16,817 nucleotides of DNA. It comes from an uncultured archaeon. Lineage in GTDB: Archaea; Asgardarchaeota; Thorarchaeia; Thorarchaeales; Thorarchaeaceae. Made by a program: the position numbers and the translations under genes. The stretch is from assembly GCA_964648855.1 (NCBI GenBank), contig CAZYLT010000030.1, positions 1-16,817 on the forward strand. Direction: 5' to 3'. The notes beneath the pieces were generated by a model. That model did not search any database and was not told where the DNA came from. It saw nothing but the letters and a program-made list of their open reading frames with translations. Shown here in pieces: positions 1 to 9,200 of the stretch. Position 1 is the stretch's first letter; each line of letters begins with the position of its first letter.

Positions 1-55
1 GCTCCTCTGTAGAGGGGGTTATCTCTCCTTTCTTCTCAATACTCTCGTCAGACAT
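1..55 (-). CDS. 5' end of a gene running off the window (MSDESIEKKGEITPSTEE...), product unknown
   Basis: ATG at 55-53 preceded by GGAGGT (67-62) on the minus strand; frame open to the window edge. Confidence 0.7.
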   Translation of the reverse strand, partial: MSDESIEKKGEITPSTEE

Positions 56-67
56 TTGTATACCTCC

Positions 68-92
68 ATTATACAAACTTTAATTGTATAAT
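68..92. promoter_or_regulatory. Perfect 9-bp inverted repeat, candidate transcription-factor operator
   Basis: ATTATACAA (68-76) - 7 nt - TTGTATAAT (84-92), between the RBS of the minus-strand gene and a TTATAT TATA-like box (minus strand, ~102-107). Confidence 0.55.
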
Positions 93-272
93 ACAGTTTG
101 GATATAAGAATTTTGTGTTTTTTGCATCTGCTGTCAACAGGTCGATATGCCGGCATTCATCATTCATTTGAAGGCAGGACATGACATTCTAGTGGAGGAA
201 GAAACTCAGAAGTGCTTTGAACAGAAACAGTCAATACACGCTTTGGTTTCCCCTTCACGAGAGGAGTATCCG

Positions 273-701
273 ATGCGCAACCAGACCTCTTTTGCCCTAT
301 GTATCATCGGTGGAATCTTATTGATTGTCACAGGCTACACACAGGGCGTTACGACCGTCCTCCTGGTCTACAACCTGGTGCACTCCATATCAGCCCTGTC
401 GCAGTTCTATCTGTTGATTGACATCGTGCTGTTCGTCCTCTGGCTCATCGCCTTGGGCGGCGGCTTTGCAGTCATTCTGGGCGGGTATCTATTGACCACG
501 TCCCATGTGCTGCTCGGAAAGTTCATAATCGCCATTGCTGCGGGGTTTGGACTCATCAGTCTGATCATCACCATCATTCAGGCGCTGGTGATGTTTGGTC
601 CTGCAGGATTGTTGGTGCTGGCGTGGCTCATCGTCAATTCGTTGTGGGCGATAGGGCTCATCCTGACCATTATTGCTAGGTTCAAGATAGATTCAGCTTG
701 A
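273..701 (+). CDS. Small integral membrane protein (~4 TM, 142 aa), function unknown
   Basis: Four long hydrophobic Gly-rich segments. Start moved from 147 to ATG 273 because GAGGAG (261-266) precedes it and the hydrophobic body begins there. Confidence 0.8.
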   Translation: MRNQTSFALCIIGGILLIVTGYTQGVTTVLLVYNLVHSISALSQFYLLIDIVLFVLWLIALGGGFAVILGGYLLTTSHVLLGKFIIAIAAGFGLISLIITIIQALVMFGPAGLLVLAWLIVNSLWAIGLILTIIARFKIDSA

Positions 702-800
702 ATTCACAGTATTTTTAATATGGAATTGACCAATTCTGTGTATATAGCCATGTAACTAGACAGTCTACTTGTTATCTTATCAATTAATTATGAATAATTG

Positions 801-827
801 TTGGTGAGGGACGGTTTCCCTCACCAA
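801..827. terminator. Hairpin between convergent genes
   Basis: Perfect 11-bp stem TTGGTGAGGGA (801-811) / TCCCTCACCAA (817-827), 5-nt loop, 13 nt past the stop of the 841-1908 gene. Confidence 0.55.
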
Positions 828-840
828 TGCTAGATTACGG

Positions 841-1908
841 CTATAAATCCGCAGAGCAATTCTGGCACTTTGTTATGCCTTGTTCATTCTTTGCTCCACA
901 ATAAGGGCATATTACCAATACTCTATCGCGGATGGTTTCTCTAGAATGAACTGGCTCAGGCTTGGGCTCTGATGAAGGTGTGGGTGAGAAATCCGAGGGT
1001 CCTGAAATATCGGATGTCGTCGCAGGCTCTTCAGATTTGCGTTTTGACGCAACCACTCCGATTCCAGCAATGAGTAGTAAAACAAAAAATCCCAATATTA
1101 TTGGACTGGAGAAGGCCATAGGTGAGCTCTCTCCTGTATAAGCGCCATTGTCATCGCCGGTTGTTCCCGATTCACCACTGGCTCCATTCGACACGTATAC
1201 AATGATTTCATGGTAATCAGAGTTGCCTACATTATCTGACGCAACCAGTTTAATGGTATGGCTTCCATCGGAATAGCCTTCTGTATCCCATGAGTAGCTA
1301 AAGGACCCATCGGTTTCATAATCTTTCTGTGAACCATCAATGTACAGGGTCACAGATCCTATCTCAAAAGTTTGCTCAGTTATTGTCGCTGTAATTTCCT
1401 TAATACCGGAATAAGTGGCACCGGAGTCGAGATTCATATCTATAGATGGTGGGGTCAAATCCCTGCAAAGCGATCCCTGAACTATTTTTGCCGTGATTAA
1501 GGAATATGTGTTCGAAAAAACAAAATACCATTTATCAGAATACGGAATTCTAAACTCAAATGAATATCCGCCGGTTTTTTCTTGAAGATGATACACAGAT
1601 GCAGATTCCCCGTTCGTCCATTTTTCATACTCTTCTTCGTCGCAAATAAAGAAGTCAACGTCATTACCAGATGTGACATCAAAATCGCCGTATACTCCGT
1701 CACCTTGGCTTCTATCCCACGAAAGCGACCAATAGGAACCTGCTGAAATTGTTTCTTCAAAATTATAGACGTAATCATCAGCGAGCACAATGGATTGTTC
1801 AATATTGTCAGGCTCGATGTAACTTCCAGTAAATGCAAAACTACCTGCCAATAGGATTACTATAACTGTCAATGATATGCGAGAGTATAGGGCCATATTC
1901 AACTCCAT
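841..1908 (-). CDS. Membrane-anchored protein: signal/TM, GOLD (emp24/p24-like) domain, Ig-like domain, TM, Pro/Ser linker, C-terminal Zn-ribbon
   Basis: Hydrophobic aa ~11-27; GOLD-like motifs FDVTSGNDVDFFI and WYFVFSNTYSLITAKIV; Ig-like motif YSWDT..YSDGSHTIKLVASDNVGN; TM aa ~270-287 followed by KRK; CPYC-x10-CQNC. Confidence 0.75.
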   Translation of the reverse strand: MELNMALYSRISLTVIVILLAGSFAFTGSYIEPDNIEQSIVLADDYVYNFEETISAGSYWSLSWDRSQGDGVYGDFDVTSGNDVDFFICDEEEYEKWTNGESASVYHLQEKTGGYSFEFRIPYSDKWYFVFSNTYSLITAKIVQGSLCRDLTPPSIDMNLDSGATYSGIKEITATITEQTFEIGSVTLYIDGSQKDYETDGSFSYSWDTEGYSDGSHTIKLVASDNVGNSDYHEIIVYVSNGASGESGTTGDDNGAYTGESSPMAFSSPIILGFFVLLLIAGIGVVASKRKSEEPATTSDISGPSDFSPTPSSEPKPEPVHSRETIRDRVLVICPYCGAKNEQGITKCQNCSADL

Positions 1909-2080
1909 CCCGCTTAGAATCTAATCACTGCCAGAAATAAATGGATTGTGTATATACATCTGACTCTCGCTTTATTGCCAACACGCCTTAAGCAATAGGA
2001 CTCGTCTCGACCATTATTCCCGGGCTCAGGGCATCTTAAAACTGCTGTATCCTATGGTAATATTCTTATTGTTCGTTAGA

Positions 2081-3082
2081 TCATCCCTGCATTGCCATTA
2101 AGGCCAATTCATTGATTTCTAAGTATAATTTTAGTAAACTCAATTTTCGTTGGTGGAAACCAGATGTCCTATCATCATCTTCCATAATTTTCCTTTTCAA
2201 ACTGCCAATTTGCTTCTTAATCCTCTGTGAAATTTCCTCAATGATATCTTCAAGAATAAGCATGCACTCCAAATAGTGATTACATACCGTGATGATGGCT
2301 TGGAGTCTTGCTGGTTTACTTGCAATTCTTCTCAATCCCTTGTTATAAGATAGAATCTCTAACAGAACTCGCTTGGGTTCTGGCGGCGGAGAATTGAATA
2401 GTAACCTTGTACCTTCTTCCAATATTCTGTATTCTTCGTAATTCCTCACGGATAAGTTGTATTGAGTAGTTCCCGATAGAATCTTTGCCATAAATCTGGG
2501 AATAGTTAGAATTTCACGCTTTCTCATGAGAAATCGGGGGATCACTTTTCGAATATTAGTTGCATATGTTACTGCAGTACGCCATGGTTCACTGGATGTA
2601 AGAGCTCGGCCTAGACCTTTGTAGGCAAATTTAGAAAGCTTTTTTCTGTCATCAAGCAGGATGTTAAGAACTCTAACAATCTCGAGATGTTCCAAGTTCT
2701 CCTGCGACAGCGATCGAACAAGACTCAGAAAGCTTCTCGTTTGAGGTTCTGGTTCCTTTTCTCTTTCAACTACAGGTTCTTCATCTTGCTCAATATTTGT
2801 TGATGAGGATCGGTCAGTAGTTGGTGGCGTTTTCCTCTTGAAAGGCAATAGGTGTGGGTCAAAAACACTGGTTTCGATTTCATCCGGCTTTCTCAATAGT
2901 ACAGGTGGGTCCCAGTCATAAACTCTTTTCAATGAGCGATAGGACTCCCTCAATACGAAACCGGTTGCTGTTCTTCTGGTTTTGTTTTTTGTTGACTTAA
3001 ATCCACATGTGCAGTAAAGGTCTTCAGTCGTTTCTTCATAGAGTGAATTACCACATTCTGGGCACCAGTACACGCCATTCAA
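2081..3082 (-). CDS. Hypothetical protein with N-terminal Zn-ribbon and basic helical C-terminal region
   Basis: 333-aa ORF, CPEC-x13-CTC at the N-terminus; TTG start uncertain. Confidence 0.65.
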   Translation of the reverse strand: MNGVYWCPECGNSLYEETTEDLYCTCGFKSTKNKTRRTATGFVLRESYRSLKRVYDWDPPVLLRKPDEIETSVFDPHLLPFKRKTPPTTDRSSSTNIEQDEEPVVEREKEPEPQTRSFLSLVRSLSQENLEHLEIVRVLNILLDDRKKLSKFAYKGLGRALTSSEPWRTAVTYATNIRKVIPRFLMRKREILTIPRFMAKILSGTTQYNLSVRNYEEYRILEEGTRLLFNSPPPEPKRVLLEILSYNKGLRRIASKPARLQAIITVCNHYLECMLILEDIIEEISQRIKKQIGSLKRKIMEDDDRTSGFHQRKLSLLKLYLEINELALMAMQG

Positions 3083-3342
3083 CTCCCATCAGCGCTTCAA
3101 ATTACAATTTAGAAAATAAACTATTGAACCTATTGGGTTTGAATCGACTCATAATGCTACAGGCACGAATCTGCATTCATCATGTCCACAATATCTGATG
3201 CGATTGCTTTTTCTTCATCTGCACCAGCGAGGATTCTTTCTCAACCTATTCTAAAGCTTGTATGCTGTACAATATTGGATGAAGAACTTAATATGCAAGA
3301 TATGTAGGAACAGATTTCTGGCGGCAATTCACTACATAGGTT

Positions 3343-3765
3343 AGGAGTATCTCGTATAGTAGGTCGCGGTTTGTCATAGTCTTACTTAGTGGATACTGAT
3401 TCGGCCTTTTCAATCTCTTCTCTGCTTTCTTTTGCCATGTCAGATCCTGGTCCATTTTCGCTATTTCTAGTCGCAGATCTGCTTTTCAATTGACATTGAG
3501 CTATTCTTTTTGCTGGTCATCGCTATAGGGGCGGGTTTTCTGTCATCGCTGGTAGCTCCTGTTGACCATCAACCACGTTCTGCTTGGTAAACCCATCATT
3601 GCCGGGGTTTCTGGGTTCGGGATTCTCAGCCTGATCATCGCCATCATTCAGGTGGTTGCTGCGTACGGCATAGCCGGGCTGTTTGTGCTGAATCGATTCA
3701 TTGCCAATACGGCGTGGGCTCAAAGGCTCATTATCAGGATAATTGTCAGTCTAAAGACATCTTGA
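3343..3765 (+). pseudogene. Decayed, frameshifted homolog of the 273-701 membrane protein gene
   Basis: HVLLGKPIIAGVSGFGILSLIIAIIQ matches HVLLGKFIIAIAAGFGLISLIITIIQ. DNA similarity extends upstream with indels (GTCGCAGATCTGCTTTTCAATTGACATTGAG vs GTCGCAGTTCTATCTGTTGATTGACATCGTG). AGGAGTATC is retained (3343-3351 vs 262-270) but the ATG is lost; both end in CTTGAATT. Confidence 0.85.
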
Positions 3766-3889
3766 ATTATTGATGAATCATAGATGGGGGAGCAATGCTA
3801 TTTCCATGACCAATATTATGATATGGGCGTGATACCATGAAAGCATATCTGCAAAAGACTTGTATTGTTTTTCGTATTTATTGTAGCGT

Positions 3890-5518
3890 GTGGTTGGAAT
3901 GGCCGATTATAAAGAAATGAAGTTGGATATTACAGCTGATGACAGGATCTTTACTCCTAGGGGTGTTGGTGCCCTCAATATAGGAATTGTCCAATGCTTA
4001 TCTGAGCTTATCGCAAACTCATTGGATTGGAGACGTTTCAGCGAGAAGGAAATGGAAAGAATCAAGAATGAACTCGATGGGCGTCCCGAAGAAAAGGAAG
4101 ACTTTCTTGAGGAGTATAAGCATATTCTGGAGTCAGAGCCAAAAGAAACGATGATCACAGTTCAGTATAATGGAGATAGTATAGAATTATGGGACAATGG
4201 AATCGGAATGACCATGGATCAACTTGAAATTGGTCTTAGATTGAGGGCTGCCAGCGATAGAAAGAGAGAACCATTGAGGGCACGCAAAGGCATGTTTGGC
4301 ATGGGCATGAAAGTTGGCATACTTGGGATGGGCTGGAAGTTTACAATAAGGACCCGCCCCCTCTCTGAAAACATAGAGAATGTTATCGAAATTGATACCC
4401 GAGAGATTGAAGAAGGAAATTTGAAACTAAAGGAGATAACCGGTCGCGTCTATTCGGCGCCATTTCTAAAAGGACCACTAGGAGAAAGAGAAAGCGGAAC
4501 TTACATAAAAATTGAGGATCTACATAAAACCAAACACAATCCAGTTACTTGGCGTGAGGAAATTGGTAGGAATTTTTCCCCTGAGCTTGAGTATGATGAA
4601 GTCCAAATTCTCACTATCGATAACAGTGTAGAAGGACATTATGATGAACAAGAATGCACTCCAGAGATCATCCCTATTTTTCCGGATACAAAAATATCAA
4701 TAGATGAGTTGGATCTATATGCTAGAAGAGATAATGGGGATGGAACATTTGGCGATCCTATCCAAATTACTGGATGGCTGGCACTCAGAGTAAAATCCGC
4801 GTCTGGTAGCGGCTTATGGGGCGTTCATACATTTAGAAAGGGGCAGTTAGTAGAGCCTTTTCATAACGATGGCCCCAGGAATAACGGGCTCCTACCAAAA
4901 GATCCGCATCCAACACTGGCGCGTTTACACGGGGAGATCCATTTGGACATGTGCGATCCTAACTTTACAAAAGTTGGGTGGAATACGGAGTTAAAATCCT
5001 GGGATGAGGCCAGGAACGCTTTAGAGCCAATTCTCATTAAGATCTTGGATGCGGCAAAAGCTTATAGAAAAAGCAAAAGTGGCGGTGCGAAATTTCGGAA
5101 ATTAATGCAAAGAGCGAAATCAGCTGCAAGAGAATCTGTTGATAAGCTTGCTTCTACGGATGATTTTGAAGATGCTGAGGATGAGAGTAGAGACTATGTC
5201 AGTATTGGTGGTGGAGATTATCTGAAAATCTCGGTGACAGAAGCTCCACGCCCAAATAGCAATGCCTTTTGGGATTACAGCTTTAGGATCGAATCAAATG
5301 AAATCGCCGTGGTGGTCAATACGGAGTCTGATTTATGGCAGTGGGCATCTGAACAGAAGAATCCAGAAGCAGTTGCTCAGCTAATTATTAATTGGGCAAT
5401 AGTTGACTCCCTATACTTCTGTCTTGTTGACTCTCTTGGTATTGAACCAAATCGAGCAATTCAGCTTCGAGACAAGTGGCACTCAAAGCTCTATATGAGG
5501 GAAGAAGATGCAAACTGA
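3890..5518 (+). CDS. Prokaryotic MORC-family GHKL ATPase (HATPase + S5-like domain)
   Basis: Bergerat motifs ELIANSLD, DNGIGM, GMFGMGMK, GTYIKIE; S5-like motifs GVHTFRKGQLV, LARLHGEIHLD, PNFTK. Start GTG 3890 or ATG 3899. Confidence 0.85.
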   Translation: MVGMADYKEMKLDITADDRIFTPRGVGALNIGIVQCLSELIANSLDWRRFSEKEMERIKNELDGRPEEKEDFLEEYKHILESEPKETMITVQYNGDSIELWDNGIGMTMDQLEIGLRLRAASDRKREPLRARKGMFGMGMKVGILGMGWKFTIRTRPLSENIENVIEIDTREIEEGNLKLKEITGRVYSAPFLKGPLGERESGTYIKIEDLHKTKHNPVTWREEIGRNFSPELEYDEVQILTIDNSVEGHYDEQECTPEIIPIFPDTKISIDELDLYARRDNGDGTFGDPIQITGWLALRVKSASGSGLWGVHTFRKGQLVEPFHNDGPRNNGLLPKDPHPTLARLHGEIHLDMCDPNFTKVGWNTELKSWDEARNALEPILIKILDAAKAYRKSKSGGAKFRKLMQRAKSAARESVDKLASTDDFEDAEDESRDYVSIGGGDYLKISVTEAPRPNSNAFWDYSFRIESNEIAVVVNTESDLWQWASEQKNPEAVAQLIINWAIVDSLYFCLVDSLGIEPNRAIQLRDKWHSKLYMREEDAN

Positions 5519-6203
5519 AATGGATCTATATAATCTAACTGATGATAAGATTCCCCTTATTGATAGATACAAGAAGTTCCTTGGTTTACTTGATGATTTT
5601 GGATACGAACCAAACAGCATCAAGCATGCTGCTCTAAATGAACATGTATTATCAGCAGCTCTAAGGATCCGTCCCCAAGAAGTCAGAATGTTCTTTGGAT
5701 TGTATCTTTGCCCTCGTGATGAACGTATGTTCCTTTCTGAGAAGAACCTCGATACTGGTATACTCAAAACATTAATGATGTTCACACCAAGAATAAGGGA
5801 GGCTATCTATGATAGACTAGATCAGTTTCTGGAAAGCGATTTTCCCATCGAGCGAATCGTGAACTTTGTTGATCAGGCTGGATATAGAATGACTATTGCA
5901 GAGCTCGCTGAAGCGGTAGAACGTGATTATTGGGCTGCTGTGAGTGGCTATTTAAAAGACACCAACACAACAAGTGGCACCATTACACGACATTTTCGAA
6001 AAATGTTAATGCACTTGAAGATTTATGGCCCCACTCCTGGACGATTGGAGTGGCTAGAGAGAGCTATTATACATGATTTTGATAATAAACTGGGTATCTT
6101 CATATCTGAGCCTCTATCGAAGGAATTCGGAGATGCCGTCGAAAAGGTAAAGGAATTTTACAGCGAGTATGCCTACTATGAGCCATTTGAGACAGATGGG
6201 TGA
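5508..6203 (+). CDS. Hypothetical protein, putative tandem winged-helix DNA-binding subunit
   Basis: Overlaps both neighbouring genes, so likely real. HTH-like segments MTIAELAEAV and SGTITRHFRKML; aligns by eye with the 11642-12196 protein. Function is inference. Confidence 0.65.
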   Translation: MQTEMDLYNLTDDKIPLIDRYKKFLGLLDDFGYEPNSIKHAALNEHVLSAALRIRPQEVRMFFGLYLCPRDERMFLSEKNLDTGILKTLMMFTPRIREAIYDRLDQFLESDFPIERIVNFVDQAGYRMTIAELAEAVERDYWAAVSGYLKDTNTTSGTITRHFRKMLMHLKIYGPTPGRLEWLERAIIHDFDNKLGIFISEPLSKEFGDAVEKVKEFYSEYAYYEPFETDG

Positions 6204-9200
6204 GTCTGTTTTGCTAGGGGATGACATTCCGCGAGCTATGAGCGGCAGTGGAAAAAGAATTTACGAATCAATGATTAGACGACTTTTTCTGGCTTCTACC
6301 CAATATGATCGTGTGACATCTTTTTATAGTCCCCAGTCTCTTGTCATTCTACTTCAAGAGCTTTCTGAGATTTGGAGGGTTGGAGGCACAGCCAGAATTG
6401 TGATAGGATTTCATGAAAGAATGGATATTCTGCCTGCATTGAAAACTGACCTTGAGGTTCGGAATGCGATTAAGAAAGCAGTATCAGAAGCAATGATTGG
6501 CAGCATTCAATCGCTTCTTAAAATAATAAAGATAAAAGATCAATCCTATGTGCAAATATTACGAGAGTTACTAGATCGGAGAGCTATTCATGTCAAACTC
6601 GTAACTCCAAGGGCGAATTTAGATTTCTATCGGCGCAATTCAGAATGGCCAAAGAAAGCTCGAGCAACTTTTCACTCTAAGTTCATGATTTTCCATCATA
6701 AGAGTAAAAACGATTCTTCTCTAATCTCAAGAATCTCGCGAAGATTGTATAGATGGCGCAAACAACATTTCTACCAGCCCTCTACACAACGACTGATACG
6801 TGGAGAGAATTTTTCAGTTGTTACAACATCCATGAATGAGTCAGTACGTGCTTATGGAATCAATATTGAAGATGCTGTTCTGCATCGTTCATGGAAGAAG
6901 AGTGAAAGAAACGTTGCCAATTATTTTCTTGACAGATTTGAGCACCTTTGGATGGATAATTGCGATGATACAGTGACCATGCCCTTTACAGGTGAATTCG
7001 AAAGGGTATTGGAAGCAATTGAGCAGGAGAGCAAATCCAGTTATTTATCATGGGGCATTTTCCAAAAAATAATAAGACAATCCCCATTGTACCATGGCAT
7101 TTCGTTTGAAAAAGTAAGACTTCTTCCTCATCAGCTGGGTGTTTATTCGGAGGGACTTAGCAGGTGGCCAATAAGAATTCTTCTCGCAGATGAGGTTGGC
7201 TTGGGAAAGACGATAGAAGCCGGTTCAATTATTGACTATCTAATTAGGTTTGGAAATGCCGACCGGGTTCTTATTCTAACTCCCGCCTCACTTAGAAAGC
7301 AGTGGCAAAGCGAACTTGATAATCTTTTTGGCATGGAATTTTGGATATACGATCCCTCAAGAGGGGTTCTAGAGCGAGATGGCAAAGAGCTCGAAGTTGG
7401 CAAGGATCTAATAGATAATTCTCAAGGCATAAAGAAGATAATTGTATCATGGCACTGGGCTCGAATCGGCGCCGATCAAGAAGAGCCTAGAATAAACACA
7501 GACAGCATGCCTGACCTCATTGTTGTCGATGAAGCGCATCATGCCAGAATTCACGAGAACTCTTCTGGAGATTATCACACGCAATTGCATAAACTTCTTA
7601 AAAGAATCCAGACGAAAACACCCCATATTCTGCTATTGAGTGCTACGCCCTTTCAAACAGAGGTTTTGGATTACTTTTCATTGCTGGATATATTGGGCGT
7701 TCCCGAGAGATTCAGAAGCGAGCTTGAGAGATATTGCCAATGGTCACTAGGTAATATAATCAACCGTCGAGCGACTCAAGTTCAACACCTGCGTTCATTA
7801 CATAAATATACAATCGCCTATAACCTCCGAAGATACAAGACCCTTTTCAAAAATGGAAACGATAGCATTCAAGATACTAAATTCTATGAAGATCTCTTAG
7901 ATACAATGGGTGATCTCGATCGAGAGCTTGTTATGGAAGGTCATCCGGCCACCTTCATGGCTGTTCGAAACTATAGGATGAGTTTGAAGGAATTGGGATA
8001 TAGCTTTCCTGAATCGAACGTAAACAGTCCGGAAATTGCCATAAATGAAGATCAAAGAGAAATATTCGAGTTGATTGAAAAACACATTCGAGAGTTTCTC
8101 GGGTTGCCAGAGAGACTACGTAATTCTGGAGGCCAAATTGGTCTAATGAGAAGTATGTATAGACAAAGAATAGTATCATCAATCCAGGCCGCGTATGATA
8201 CACTATACAATCGAAAAGAGAAATTAGAGAAATTCATTGCGGAACATGATCCTTCATTGCTAGAAGATAAAATAGAGGAATTCAGTCTCAACAATAGTGA
8301 TATCGGAAACTGTGATCCCTCTTTGAATTACACAACTAGCGACGAGATGGTTCAACTAGCAATGACTCAGAAAGCATCAATCGAAATGGCAAATGTCCGC
8401 AGAATGCTGGCTAGAATAAGAATTGAATTCTTCCGCGATGAAGTAATCGATGATCCAAAAATGGCCACCTTGAGAACATCTATTATGGAACATTTGGCTT
8501 TGGATCGCAAGATTCTGATCTTTAGTCGATTCACTTCAACAACTGCCGCAATCATTGATAGCCTTAAGTCTATAATAGATTCTCATGGCCTTGGACGTTT
8601 TGACGGAAGTCATTGTGGAGTATATCACGCAGACGACGAAATTCTTGAGTTTGAGGGCTGTACACGCGAGGACATTGTTGCTTACCTAAAATCTGGGGAA
8701 ATTAAAGTATTGGTCTGTTCAGACGCCGCGAGTGAAGGATTGAATATTCACTACGCTAATGTTGCAATCAATGTCGATGTGCCATGGAATCCATCGAGAG
8801 TGCTGCAGCGATTTGGACGTGTAGACAGACTAGGACAGAAGTCTAGTAATGTTTACTTGGCGAATTTGTACTATCCCAATTCCATTGAGGAAAGGATGTA
8901 TCGAGTACTCGAAGATCGGAGAACCGATTTTCGTGCCGTCTTGGGAGAAATACCTGAAATAATGTCGGAGCAACAAAAGGAAGTAATCAATGCTCTAGGT
9001 ACGGGATCTAAACCGAGAATAAACTTGACTCTTGAAAGCATAGAGCTCAAGCGAAAGGAGTATCAACAAAGTCGCATTTTTGTAGGTAAGAGTACCACAG
9101 AGGATCGGAGATTGATGATTGACCACCTATATGACTCACTCATTAAGATCCTTAAATCAAAACCCAGTTTGCACAACGAAAACAAATTTGGCTCTACGCA

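Noticed and set aside
147-272. 42-aa N-terminal extension of the first ORF
   Set aside because: A good RBS precedes ATG 273, and the decayed copy preserves that same RBS context.
3562-3765. 67-aa ORF as a functional small gene
   Set aside because: It is the surviving 3' frame of the pseudogene.
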